Source: Eledone cirrhosa (taxonomy: Eukaryota). Taken from it: a stretch of 64,000 bases of DNA. A model generated the notes under the pieces. The model had not been told where the DNA came from. It made no database searches and saw only the letters and a list, made by a program, of their open reading frames with translations. Of the stretch, positions 37,989-54,600 are shown piece by piece; position 1 is the stretch's first letter; each line of letters opens with the position of its first letter. The position numbers and the translations under genes are program-made. The stretch lies in assembly GCA_964016885.1 (NCBI GenBank), contig OZ024742.1:237460001-237524000 (forward strand), given 5' to 3'.

Positions 37989-40700
37989 CATCATCATCAT
38001 CATCATCATTTTACGTCCGCTTTTCCCTGCTTGCAAGGGTGGGACGGGTCTTATTCAGCACAGCATCTCTCCACTCGTCACGGTTCCTCGTCATCTCCAC
38101 CGTGAGCTTCAATGATCTGAGGTCTTTTCTCACCACCTCCGCCCATGTATTTCGTGGTCTACCTCTACCACGTCTTCCTTCAACTGGCATTTCCTGGCAC
38201 TTCTTCACCCATCGGTCATCCTCCATGCGCATCACATGTCCATACCACCTCAGTCTCCTCTCCCGTACACTACATTCTATCCCTCTCAGACACAGTTTCT
38301 CTCTCAACACATTTATGCTGGGTCGTTCACGCACATTTACACTGCACATCCAACGGAGCATGCTTGCCTCATTTCTCTCCAGCCGTCGCATATCCTCTGC
38401 GGTTGCTGCCCATGTCTCACTACCATGCAGCATCGCGCTCCTCACACAGGCATCATACAACCGGCCTTTCGTACGCAGGGAGAAACCCTTCTTCGTCAAC
38501 AGAGGAAGCAGCTCCCTAAACTTCTTCCAACCCGTCCTTATTCTAGATACTATGGCCTCGGAACACCCTCCTCCCATGCTAATCTGATCTCCTAGGTACC
38601 GGAAGCTATCCACCACTTCTATAGCGCCCTCTCGCATTTGAAAAATGTGTCTATCAGTGCGACTTCTACTGTCTAATTTCCCTGTACATCTACTGCATAC
38701 ATATTTCTCCCTACCTCTTAGTTTGCCTGCTATCCCGCTACATCTCTTGTGTACCCAGGACCTGCATTTGTGTGCATTTTATAGAATGTATGCCAGTTCC
38801 TTTTCTGCATATCGAACATGGCCATTTCCCTGACGGAATCAGGGTTTTGTCCTCTTTTCTACTCATCAACACTTTTGTCTTAGCTAGATTTACTCTCAGT
38901 CCTCTTGCTTCCAACTGCTGTTTCCATAGCCGGAATTTATTCTCTAGCTCCTCTACTGATTCTGCTATAAGATCCAGATCGTCAGCATAGAGAAGTTCCC
39001 ATGGACAGCCAGTCTTAAACTCCTCTGTTATGGCTTGGAGGACTATAATGAACAAGAGCGGGCTGAGGACCGAACCCTGATGTACTCCTACTTGTATCTG
39101 GAATTCCTCACTAAACTCCATTCCTACCCTCACTTTACTGAGAGTACCTCTGTACAAAGTTTGCACTGTCCTCACAAGCCATTCCTCAACACCTAGCTTC
39201 CTTAGGGACCACCAGATGACAGATCGGGGTACCCTATCAAAGGCCTTCTCTAGGTCAACAAAGGCTAAGTATAGTGGCTTATTCTTCTCTAAGAACCTCT
39301 CTTGCATTTGTCTCACCAAGAAGAGGGCATCTGTTGTACTCTTCCCAGGCACAAAACCAAACTGCATCTCATCTAGTTTGACCCTTTCTCTAATTAGTTG
39401 TGCTAAAATCCTTTCTGCCACTTTCATAACCTGATCTATCAGTTTTATACCCCTATAATTGCTCCTCTCCAAAGCATCCCCTTTACCTTTGTAGCAATTT
39501 ATGAGAATACTGCTGCACCAGTCTTTGGGTATGACACCACCATATATAGCCTGATTGATGATGCGTGCAACCAGTTTAGTGCCTACGTCCCCTGATGCCT
39601 TCAGCATCTCAGCAACTATTCCCGTCTCTAAATCGTCTTCTTTTTCGTCATATACATCTTGGAGGGCTTTCCTAAATTTGTATTTTAGTGAAAGGTCTTT
39701 TAGCTTCCAGACCTTTCTTCTCCACACCTTCCTATATGTCTCATTCCATCTCTTGCTTACTGAGATATCACTAACAACTAACCTATGCTGTGGGGTACAT
39801 TCTTCCCCAGGGTATGCCTTGGTATTAGACACTATCTGCCTGTCCCGCTGCCTAACTAGCAGGAAGTCAATCTGGCTTATGTGCTCACCAGATTTGTAGG
39901 TTATTAGGTGATTGGCAGGTTTCTGGAAGTTTGTGTTGCAAATAGTCAATGTACTCGCATCACAAAATTCAAGAAGTCTCACTCCTTCTTCATTTCTTGA
40001 ACCGTAACCGTGCCCACCATGTACCCCAGTGTAACCATCCTGGAGCTGTCCAACATGACCATTGAAGTCTCCTGCTAGCATAACGATGTCTCCGTCCTCT
40101 GTCATTGTGGTTGTTTGCAAAAGTTGCTCATAAAAGCAGTCTTTCTCATCTTTGCCTAGGCCTGCTTGGGGAGCATAGACCGAGATGATTGTCAGTAGTC
40201 TCCTACCTACAACTAATCTAAGCTTAATTATTCGATTACTAACTCGAACTACCTCTATTGTCTTATTGATCCATTTCTCAGCCAGGAAAATGCCTACTCC
40301 CCCTAACCCATCATCCTTACCTACCCAGAATAGCTTATAGCTAAGACGCTTGCCTACGACTAGTCTCGCAGAGGCACATCTCCATCTCACCTCTTGCACG
40401 CAGCACACATCCACCTGCCTTCTCTCTAGCATCTCCGCTATTTCAGCCGATCTACCTCTGAGAGTGCCAACATTAAGTGTTGCAACTCTGAGATGCGACG
40501 TCTTCATATTTTCCTATGCTGTTTTGTTGCTGTGCTGATAAGCTTTTTGGCATTGATACACTGGTTGGATGCCCTTCCTAACACCAGCGCCACTTTACAG
40601 CATGGACTGGGTGCTTTTATTTGTGCCACCAGCACTAGAGAGGATGTCTTACTAGACTCAAGGGCCCTCTCTACCCCACCATTTTACAGCATGGTCATTA
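37989..40700 (-). mobile_element. RTE-clade LINE with (ATG)n tail
   Basis: APE plus RT ORF, followed at its 3' end by the (TGA)n repeat at 37989-38010. Confidence 0.9.
38011..40507 (-). pseudogene. RTE endonuclease-reverse transcriptase with an in-frame internal deletion and one frameshift (~38770)
   Basis: ATLNVGTL, VQEVRW, SVYAPQ, GDFNGHVG, FVDLEKAFD, GVHQGSVLSPLLF and LYADD motifs. C-terminal FRYLGD...RRLRWYGHVMR...RGRGRPR lies in ORF 38011-38637. Confidence 0.92.
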
Positions 40701-41627
40701 AAAAAAAAAACAAAAAAAACTTATTGACACGACGCACACACAAACACTCACACACCAATACTCATGCATACAAACCACAACCACACATACCAACACTCAT
40801 TCATGCATACAATCACACACACCACTCACAAACACATATCTATACATATATTACCGACAGTACTGATACAAAATCAAAATCGTCAAAATCACTATCATGT
40901 CAACTGTTGACCTTTCCCAGTCCAGTTCGGCTTGTATATAATAATAATAACAATAATAATTGTTTGCTTTACGCTGGTAATGGCGGTGGTGGATGGTGTC
41001 AGTGTGGTGGTGGTGGATGGTATCAGCGTGGTGGTGGTGGATGGTCAGTAATGGTGGTGGCAGTTGTTGGTGCTGTAGTTGTTATTGTAGTTGTTGTCGT
41101 TGTTGCTGTTGTTGTTGTCCTTCATTTCACTGCTGCTGTTGCTGCAGACAATGGCGTTGATGCTGTTATTGCTGTCGCATATATACAAATACATACACAC
41201 ACACACATTCAACACAGACGATGGTGTTGTTGCTGTTGTTGTTGTTGTTGGTGTTGCTGTAGTTGTTGCTGTGTTGAAATCTGGTCGCATCCACTGAGAT
41301 ATACATATACACACACATACACATATGTATATACACATAAATACATCAAAAGAGAGTCAGCAGTATGTCAACAGGGGACAGGACAGCGACCTTAGAGTAA
41401 TGTGGTGATGGTGGGGAGCGAGTGTAGGCGTTATTGTTATTGTGGTGACGGGGGGGGGGGGGGGGAGGGGTCAGTGAGATGTACAAGTTCATAGATCACT
41501 TCTCTCTTTTCCTCTCTCTTCAAAATTTTGAATTTATGGCCTTTTGCAATGGCGGACAAGTATATATAATATATATATATGAAGCAAAGAAAAGAAAATT
41601 TTTTTTTTTTTTTTTTTTCACTGATAT

Positions 41628-41885
41628 GAAAGATTTCCTGGTAGAAGTTCAGGTGTATTCAGTGATTGGTATCCAGTTTCGGGGTATCCAATTAGAAAAT
41701 CCAACGAATCTTTAAGAGGGGTCCACGCAAGCATTGATATATATATGTATATATGTAAAGTGCAAGCAGAAATAACAACGAAAGATTTCCTGGTAGAAGT
41801 TCAGGTGTATTCAGTGTTGGTATCCAGTGTCGGGGTATCCAATTAGAAAATCCAACGAATTTTTGAGAGGGGTCCACGCAAGCAT
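41628..41885. repeat. Two ~105-bp direct repeats, ~152-bp period
   Basis: GAAAGATTTCCTGGTAGAAGTTCAGG...GGGTCCACGCAAGCAT at 41628 and 41780. Confidence 0.8.
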
Positions 41886-42005
41886 ATATATAGATATATA
41901 TATGTATATATGCAAAATGCAAGCAGAAATAACAACACATATACTAATGAACATACATTTTATAAATATAATTTCCATTTGTTAATATCGTATATATATA
42001 TATAT

Positions 42006-42694
42006 ATTTCGTTTCTGAATTTGTTTAGCAAGATTCTTTATCTGAAAACCTGTTGAAACCAATATTGTTATACTTTGGGAGGGTCATGTTGCCAGTAAGA
42101 AATACACGCACCCGTTGCTTTCACTTCAATTATATTATAAATTTTATAAATTTTATAAATATAAATTTTATAAATTTCTGGTTGGTTGGTTGGTTCCACA
42201 ACCGAATGGTTTTTATATATTGTCAAAGTCCTTTCATCTTACATCCTATGACCTCTTCAATGACTGGGGATCCTTTTCTTTGGTTTCTGCCTCTCGCCAT
42301 CTTGTTTCTGTGTGTGTTAGTGCTTGGTTTGCACATGTGTTACATCCGGGTGTCTGTGTGTATTTTTATTTGTTTATTTATTTATTTATTTATTTATTTA
42401 CATATTACTAGTTAGTAGTTTGTTCTATGTGTGTGTGTTTTCATTTTGTCTTTAATTATAAGTTGTGATGATGCTATTCCATTCATGTTTTCTATTTAAT
42501 TTTGGTTGGAGTTCAATTATGTTTATTGCCTCCGTGATTTGTCCAAGCATTGCGTCTTTTCTGTGTGTAGATTCTATTTTTATCTCTATGTTCTCTAATT
42601 TGCCCTTATGTTCTATTTTAGTATGTTGGTGGAATATTGATGAGTCTTTTCTATCTTGGAGTTCTCGCCAGTGTTCATTTAATATTTCTCCTAT
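42006..42694 (-). mobile_element. Penelope-like 3' end: GIY-YIG C-terminus, UTR and decayed hammerhead (42221-42265)
   Basis: Minus translation IGEILNEHWREL...QITEAINIIELQPKLNRKHEWNS. Hammerhead core reads TTGAAGA. Same family as 62025-62972. Confidence 0.85.
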
Positions 42695-42695
42695 G

Positions 42696-45600
42696 CTACA
42701 ACCACATCACACAACCACACCACACTCACCACACCACACAAGCACACCACACTACCACACCAGACAACCACACCACACAATCACATCACACAACCACACC
42801 ACGCAACCACATCACACAAAACAACCACACCATACAAACACATCACACAACCACACCACACAACCACACCACACAACCACACAACACAACCACACCACAC
42901 AACCACACCACACCACCACATCACACAACCACATCACACAACCACATCATAAACTACACACCACAACCACACCACACAAGCACATCACACAAGCACACCA
43001 CACAACCACACCACACTACCACACCACACAACCACACCACACAGCCACATCACACAAGCACACCACACAAGCACATCACACAACCACACCACACAATCAC
43101 ACAACACAACAACATCACACAACCACATCACACAACCACACCACACAACCACACCACACAACCACACCACACAACCACACCACACAACCACATCACACAA
43201 CCACACAACACAACCAAACCACACAACCACATCACACAACCACATCACACAACACAACCACATCACACAACAACATCACACAACCACACCACACAAACAC
43301 ACCACACAACCACACCACACAGCCACATCACACAAGCACACCACACAAGCACACTACACAACCACACCACACAACCACATCACACAACCACACCACACAA
43401 TCACACAACACAACCACATCACACAACCACATCACACAACCACACCACACAATCACACCACACAACCACATCATACAACACAACCACACCACACAACCAC
43501 ATCACACAAACACACCACACAACACAACAACACCACACAACCACATCACACAACCACACAACACAACCACACCATACAACCGCATCACACAACCATATCG
43601 CACAACACAACCACATCACACAACCAAATCACACAACCACACCACACAACCACACCACACAACCACACAACCACATCACACAACCACACCACACAACCAC
43701 ACCACACAACCACATCACACAACCACATCACACAACCACACCACACAAACACATCACACAACCACACCACACAACCACACCACACAACCACACCACACAA
43801 CCACACCACACAACCACATCACACAACCACACAACACAACCACACCACACAACCACATCACACAAACACATCACACAACACAACCACATCACACAACAAC
43901 ATCACACAACCACACCACACAAACACACCACACAACCACACCACACAGCCACATCACACAAGCACACCACACAAGCACATCACACAACCACACCACACAA
44001 TCACACAACACAACATCACACAACCACATCACACAACCACACCACACAATCACACAACACAACCACATCACACAACCACATCACACAACCACACCACACA
44101 ATCACACCACACAACCACATCACACAAACACACCACACAACACAACAACACCACACAACCACATCACACAACCACACAACACAACCACACCATACAACCG
44201 CATCACACAACCATATCGCACAACACAACCACATCACACAACCAAATCACACAACCACACCACACAACCACACCACACAACCACACAACCACATCACACA
44301 ACCACACCACACAACCACACCACACAACCACATCACACAACCACATCACACAACCACACCACACAAACACATCACACAACCACACCACACAACCACACCA
44401 CACAACCACACCACACAACCACACCACACAACCACATCACACAACCACACAACACAACCACACCACACAACCACATCACACAAACACATCACACAACACA
44501 ACCACATCACACAACAACATCACACAACCACACCACACAAACACACCACACAACCACACCACACAGCCACATCACACAAGCACACCACACAAGCACATCA
44601 CACAACCACACCACACAATCACACAACACAACATCACACAACCACATCACACAACCACACCACACAATCACACAACACACCACATCACACAACCACATCA
44701 CACAACCACACCACACAATCACACCACACAACCACATCACACAAACACACCACACAACACAACAACACCACACAACCACATCACACAACCACACAACACA
44801 ACCACACCATACAACCGCATCACACAACCATATCGCACAACACAACCACATCACACAACCAAATCACACAACCACACCACACAACCACACCACACAACCA
44901 CACCACACAACCACACCACACAACCACACAACCACATCACACAACCACACCACACAACCACACCACACAACCACATCACACAACCACACCACACAACCAC
45001 ACCACACAACACAACCATACCACACAACTACAACACAACCACACCACACAACCACACAACACAACCACACCACACAACTACATCACACCACCACACCACA
45101 CAACCACACCACACAACCACACCACACAACCCCACCACACAACCACACCATACAACCACACCACACAACCACATCACTCAACCACACCACACAACCACAC
45201 CACACTACCACATCACACAACCACATCACACAACCACACCACACTACCACATACCACACCCACACCACACAACCACACCACACAACCACATCACACAACC
45301 ACACCACACAACCACACCACACAACCACACCACAAAACCACACCACACAACTACACCACACAACTACACCACACAACCACATCACACAACCACACCACAG
45401 AACCACACCACACAACCACTCAACAAAACCAAACCACACAACACAACCACACCACACAACCACACCACACAACCACACCACACAACCACACAACACACCC
45501 ACACCACTAAACCACACAACTACATCACACCACCACACCACACAACCATACCACACAACCCTGCCACACAACCACACCACACAACTACATTACACAACAA

Positions 45601-48600
45601 CACCACACCACACAACCATACCACAAAACCACACCACACAACCACACCACACAACCACATCACACAACCATACCACACAACCACACCACACAACCACACC
45701 ACACAACCACACCACACAACCACACCACACAACCACATCACACAACCACATCACGCCACACTACCACATAACACAATCACACCACACAACCACACCATAA
45801 AACCACACAACACAAACACATCACACCAAACAACACAACCACATCACACCACACCACACAACCACACCACACAAGCACACTACACAACGACACCACACAA
45901 CAACACCACTCAGCCACACCACACAACCACACCCCATCACCACACCACACAACCACACCACACAACCACACGACACCACACAAGCACACCACCAAACCAC
46001 ATCACACAACACAACCACACAACACAACCACACCACACAACCACACCACACAACCACACCACACAACCCCACCACACAACCACATCACACAACCACACCA
46101 CACAACCACACCACACTACCACATCACACAACACTACCACACCACACAACCACATCACACAACCACACTACACTACCACATACCACATCCACACCACACA
46201 ACCACACCACACAACCACACCACACAACCACATCACACAACCACACCACAAAACCACACCACACAACTACACCACACAACAACACCACACAACCACATCA
46301 CACAACCACACCACAAAACCACGCCACACAACCACTCAACAAAACCACAGCACACAACACAACCACACCACACAACCACACCACACAACCACACCACACA
46401 ACCACACAACACAACCACACCACACCACACCACACAACTACTTCACACCACCACACCACACTACGACATCACACAACCACACCACACAACCACACCACAC
46501 ATCACAACCACATCACACAAACACATCACACAACCACATCACACAACCACATCACACAAGCACACCACACAAGCACACCACACAAGCACACCACACAACC
46601 ACATCACACAACCACATAACACAACCACATCACCTCACACAACCACACCACACAACTACACCACACAACCACACCACACGACACAAGCATACCACACAAC
46701 CATACCACACAACCACACCACACAATCACACAACACAATCACACCACCACACAACCACACCACACAGCCACATCACACAAGCACACCACACAAGCACACT
46801 ACACAACCACACCACACAACCACATCACACAACCACATCACCTCACACAACCACACCACACAACTACACCACACAACCACACCACACGACAAGCATACCA
46901 CACAACCATACCACACAACCACACCACACAATCACACAACACAATCACACCACCACACAACCACACCACACAGCCACATCACACAAGCACACCACACAAT
47001 CACACAACACAACCACATCACACAACCACGTCACACAACCACACCACACAATCACACCACACAACCACATCATACAACACAACCACACCACACAACCACA
47101 TCACACAAACACACCACACAACACAACAACACCACACAACCACATCACACAACCACATCATACAACACAACCACATCACACAACCATACCACACAACCAC
47201 ACCACACAACCACATCACACAACCATACCACACAACCACACCACACAACCACACCACACAACCACATCACACAACCACATCACGCCACACTACCACATAA
47301 CACAATCACACCACACAACCACACCATAAAACCACACAACACAACCACATCACACCACACAACACAACCACATCACACCACACCACACAACCACACCACA
47401 CAAGCACACTACACAACGACACCACACAACAACACCACTCAGCCACACCACACAACCACACCCCATCACCACACCACACAACCACACCACACAACCACAC
47501 GACATCACACAAGCACACCACCAAACCACATCACACAACACAACCACACAATACAACCACACCACACAACCACACCACACAACCACACCACACAACCCCA
47601 CCACACAACCACACCACACAACCACATCACACAACACAACCACACAACACAACCACACCACACAACCACACCACACAACCACATCACACAACCACACCAC
47701 ACAACCACACCACACAACCACATCACACAACACAACCACACAACACAACCACACCACACAACCACACCACACAACCACATCACACCACCACACCACACAA
47801 CCACACCACACAACCACACCACACAACCCCACCACACAACCACACAACACAACCACATCACACAACACAACCACACAACACAACCACACCACACAACCAC
47901 ACCACACAACCACATCACACAACCACACCACACAACCACACCACACAACCACATCACACAACACAACCACACAACACAACCACACCACACAACCACACCA
48001 CACAACCACATCACACCACCACACCACACAACCACACCACACAACCACACCACACAACCCCACCACACAACCACATCACACAACCACACCACACAACCAC
48101 ACCACACAACCACATCACACAACACTACCACACCACACAACCACATCACACAACCACACTACACTACCACATACCACATCCACACCACACAACCACACCA
48201 CACAACCACACCACACAACCACATCACACAACCACACCACAAAACCACACCACACAACTACACCACACAACAACACCACACAACCACATCACACAACCAC
48301 ACCACAAAACCACGCCACACAACCACTCAACAAAACCACACCACACAACACAACCACACCACACAACCACACCACACAACCACACCACACAACCACACAA
48401 CACAACCACATCACACAACCACATAACACAACCACATCACCTCACACAACCACACCACACAACCACATCACACAACCACATAACACAACCACATCACCTC
48501 ACACAACCACACCACACAACTACACCACACAACCACACCACACGACACAAGCATACCACACAACCATACCACACAACCACACCACACAATCACACAACAC

Positions 48601-51600
48601 AATCACACCACCACACAACCACACCACACAGCCACATCACACAAGCACACCACACAAGCACACTACACAACCACACCACACAACCACGTCACACAACCAC
48701 ACCACACAATCACACAACACAACCACATCACACAACCACGTCACACAACCACACCACACAATCACACCACACAACCACATCATACAACACAACCACACCA
48801 CACAACCACATCACACAAACACACCACACAACACAACAACACCACACAACCACATCACACAACCACACAACACAACCACACCACACAACCGCATCACACA
48901 ACCATATCGCACAACACAACCACATCACACAACCAAATCACACAACCACACCACACAACCACACCACACAACCACACCACACAACCACACCACACAACCA
49001 CACAACCACACCACACAACCACATCACACAACCACACCACACAACCACACCACACAACCACATCACACAACCACACTACAAAACCACACCACACAACACA
49101 ACCATACCACACAACCACAACACACAACCACACCACACAACCACACAACACAACCACACCACACCACACAACTACATCACACCACCACACCACACAACCA
49201 CACCACACAACCCCACCACACAACCACACCAGACAACCACACCACACAACCACATCACACAACCACATCACACAACCACACCGCACTACCACATCATACA
49301 ACCACACCACACAACACAACTATACCACACAACCATACCAAACAACCACACCACACAACCACACCACACTCCGACATCACACAACCACATCACACATCAC
49401 AACCACATCACACAACCAAACCACACAACCACATCACACAAACACACCACACAACACAACAACACCACACAACCACATCACACAACCACACAACACAACC
49501 ACACCACACAACCGCATCACACAACCATATCGCACAACACAACCACATCACACAACCAAATCACACAACCACACCACACAACCACAGCACATAACCACAC
49601 CACACAACCACACCACACAACCACACAACCACACCACACAACCACATCACACAACCACACCACACAACCACACCACACAACCACATCACACAACCACACT
49701 ACACAACCACACCACACAACACAACCATACCACACAACCACAACACACAACCACACCACACAACCACACAACACAACCACACCACACCACACAACTACAT
49801 CACACCACCACACCACACAACCACACCACACAACCCCACCACACAACCACACCACACAACCACACCACACAACCACATCACACAACCACATCACACAACC
49901 ACACCGCACTACCACATCACACATCCACACCACACAACTACACCTCACAACCACATCACACAACCACACCATAAAACCACACCACACAACTAAACCACAC
50001 AACCACATCACACAATCACATCACACAATCACACCATACAACCACACCACACAACACAACTATACCACACAACCATACCAAACAACCACACCACACAACC
50101 ACACCACACTCCGACATCACACAACCACACCACACATCACAACCACATCACACAACCACACCACACAACCACATCACACAACCACACCACATAACCACAT
50201 CGCACAACCACATCACACAACCACATCACACAACCACATCACACCACACTACCACATCACACAACCACACCACACAACCACATTACACAACCACATCACA
50301 CAACCACATCACACAACCACATCACACAACCACATCACACAACCACACCACACAACCACATCACACAACCACATCACACAACCACACCACACACAGCCAC
50401 ACCACACAACCACACCACACAACCACATCACACAACCACACCACACAACCACACCACACAACACAACCATACCACACAACCACAACACACAACCACACCA
50501 CACAACCACACAACACAACCACACCACACCACACAACTACATCACACCACCACACCACACAACCACACCACACAACCTCACCACACAACCACACCACACA
50601 ACCACACTACACAACCACACCACACAACCACATCACACAACCACACCACACTACGACATCACGCAACCACACCACACAACCACACCACACAACCACACCA
50701 CACAACCCCACCACACAACCACACCAAACAACCACACCACACAACCACACCACACAACCACACTACACAACCACACCACACAACCACATCACACAACCAC
50801 ACCACACTACGACATCACGCAACCACACCACACAACCACACCACACAACCACACCACACAACCACATCACACAACCACATCACACCACACAACCACACCA
50901 CACAACCACATCGCACAACCACATCACACAACCACACCACACAACCACATCACACAACCACATCACACCACACTACCACATCACACAACCACACCACACA
51001 ACCACATCACACAACCACATCACACAACCACATCACACAACCACATCACACAACCACACCACACAACCACATCACACAACCACATCACACATCCACACCA
51101 CACAACTACACCACACAACCACATCACTCAACCACACCACACAACTACACCTCACAACCACATCACACAACCACACCATAAAACCACACCACACAACTAA
51201 ACCACACAACCACATCACACAATCACATCACACAATCACACCATACAACCACACCACACAACCACACCACACAACCACATCACACAAACACATCACACCA
51301 CACAACCACACCACACAACCACATCGCACAACCACATCACACAACCACACCACACAACCACATCACACAACCACATCACACCACACTACCACATCACACA
51401 ACCACACCACACAACCACATCACACAACCACATCACACAACCACATCACACAACCACATCACACAACCACACCACACAACCACATCACACAACCACATCA
51501 CACATCCACACCACACAACTACACCACACAACCACATCACTCAACCACACCACACAACTACACCTCACAACCACATCACACAACCACACCATAAAACCAC

Positions 51601-54600
51601 ACCACACAACTAAACCACACAACCAGATCACACAATCACATCACACAATCACACCATACAACCACACCACACAACAAAACTATACCACACAACCATACCA
51701 AACAACCACACCACACAACCACACCACACTCCGACATCACACAACCACACCACACATCACAACCACATCACACAAACACATCACACAACCACATCACACA
51801 ACCACATCAACAAGCACACCACACAAGCACACCACACAAGCACACCACACAACCACATCACACAACCACATAACACAACCACATCACCTCACACAACCAC
51901 ACCACACAACCACATCACACAACCACATAACACAACCACATCACCTCACACAACCACACCACACAACTACACCACACAACCACACCACACGACACAAGCA
52001 TACCACACAACCATACCACACAACCACACCACACAATCACACAACACAATCACACCACCACACAACCACACCACACAGCCACATCACACAAGCACACCAC
52101 ACAAGCACACTACACAACCACACCACACAACCACGTCACACAACCACACCACACAATCACACAACACAACCACATCACACAACCACGTCACACAACCACA
52201 CCACACAATCACACCACACAACCACATCATACAACACAACCACACCACACAACCACATCACACAAACACACCACACAACACAACAACACCACACAACCAC
52301 ATCACACAACCACACAACACAACCACACCACACAACCGCATCACACAACCATATCGCACAACACAACCACATCACACAACCAAATCACACAACCACACCA
52401 CACAACCACACCACACAACCACACCACACAACCACACCACACAACCACACAACCACACCACACAACCACATCACACAACCACACCACACAACCACACCAC
52501 ACAACCACATCACACAACCACACTACAAAACCACACCACACAACACAACCATACCACACAACCACAACACACAACCACACCACACAACCACACAACACAA
52601 CCACACCACACCACACAACTACATCACACCACCACACCACACAACCACACCACACAACCCCACCACACAACCACACCACACAACCACACCACACAACCAC
52701 ATCACACAACCACATCACACAACCACACCGCACTACCACATCACACATCCACACCACACAACTACACCTCACAACCACATCACACAACCACACCATAAAA
52801 CCACACCACACAACTAAATCACACAACCACATCACACAATCACATCACACAATCACACCATACAACCACACCACACAACACAACTATACCACACAACCAT
52901 ACCAAACAACCACACCACACAACCACACCACACTCCGACATCACACAACCACACCACACATCACAACCACATCACACAACCACACCACACAACCACATCA
53001 CACAACCACACCACATAACCACATCGCACAACCACACCACACAACCACATCACACAACCACATCACACCACACTACCACATCACACAACCACACCACACA
53101 ACCACATCACACAACCACATCACACAACCACATCACACAACCACATCACACAACCACACCACACAACCACATCACACAACCACATCACACAACCACACCA
53201 CACACAGCCACACCACACAACCACACCACACAACCACATCACACAACCACACCACACAACCACACCACACAACACAACCATACCACACAACCACAGCACA
53301 CAACCACACCACACAACCACACAACACAACCACACCACACCACACAACTACATCACACCACCACACCACACAACCACACCACACAACCCCACCACACAAC
53401 CACACCAAACAACCACACCACACAACCACACCACACAACCACACTACACAACCACACCACACAACCACATCACACAACCACACCACACTACGACATCACG
53501 CAACCACACCACACAACCACACCACACAACCACACCACACAACCACACCACACTCCGACATCACACAACCACACCACACATCACAACCACATCACACAAC
53601 CACACCACACAACCACATCACACAACCACACCACACAACCACATTGCACAACCACATCACACAACCACACCACACAACCACATCACACAACCACATCACA
53701 CAACCACATCACACATCCACACCACACAACTACACCACACAACCACATCACTCAACCACACCACACAACTACACCTCACAACCACATCACACAACCACAC
53801 CATAAAACCACACCACACAACTAAACCACACAACCAGATCACACAATCACATCACACAATCACACCATACAACCACACCACACAACACAACTATACCACA
53901 CAACCATACCAAACAACCACACCACACAACCACACCACACTCCGACATCACACAACCACACCACACATCACAACAACATCACACAACCACACCACACAAC
54001 CACATCACACAACCACACCACACAACCACACCACACAAGCACACCACACTACGATATCACACAACCACACCACAAAACCACACCACACAACTAAACCACA
54101 CAACTACATCACACAATCACATCACACAATCACACCATACAACCACACCACACAACACAACTATACCACACAACCATACCAAACAACCACACCACACAAC
54201 CACACCACACTCCGACATCACACAACCACACCACACATCACAACAACATCACACAACCACACCACACAACCACATCACACAACCACACCACACAACCACA
54301 TCGCACAACCACATCACACAACCACACCACACAACCACATCACACAACCACATCACACATCCACACCACACAACTACACCACACAACCACATCCCTCAAC
54401 CACACCACACAACTACACCTCACAACCACATCACACAATCACACCATAAAACCACACCACACAACTAAACCACACAACCACATCACACAATCACATCACA
54501 CAATCACACCATACAACCACACCACACAACACAACTATACCACACAACCATACCAAACAACCACACCACACAACCACACCACACTCCGACATCACACAAC

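Noticed and set aside
38039-40538. + strand ORFs of 62-182 aa
   Set aside because: Antisense shadows of the RTE ORF. The same applies to 31515-32305 over the GIY-YIG frame and 15904-16296 over the RT.
41628-41885. Possible retrozyme-like tandem with CGAAAC on the minus strand
   Set aside because: No CUGANGA box found; reported only as a direct repeat.
42465-45800. 1111-aa and 957-aa His/Thr-rich ORFs
   Set aside because: Translations of the CA-rich satellite, starting in antisense Penelope sequence.
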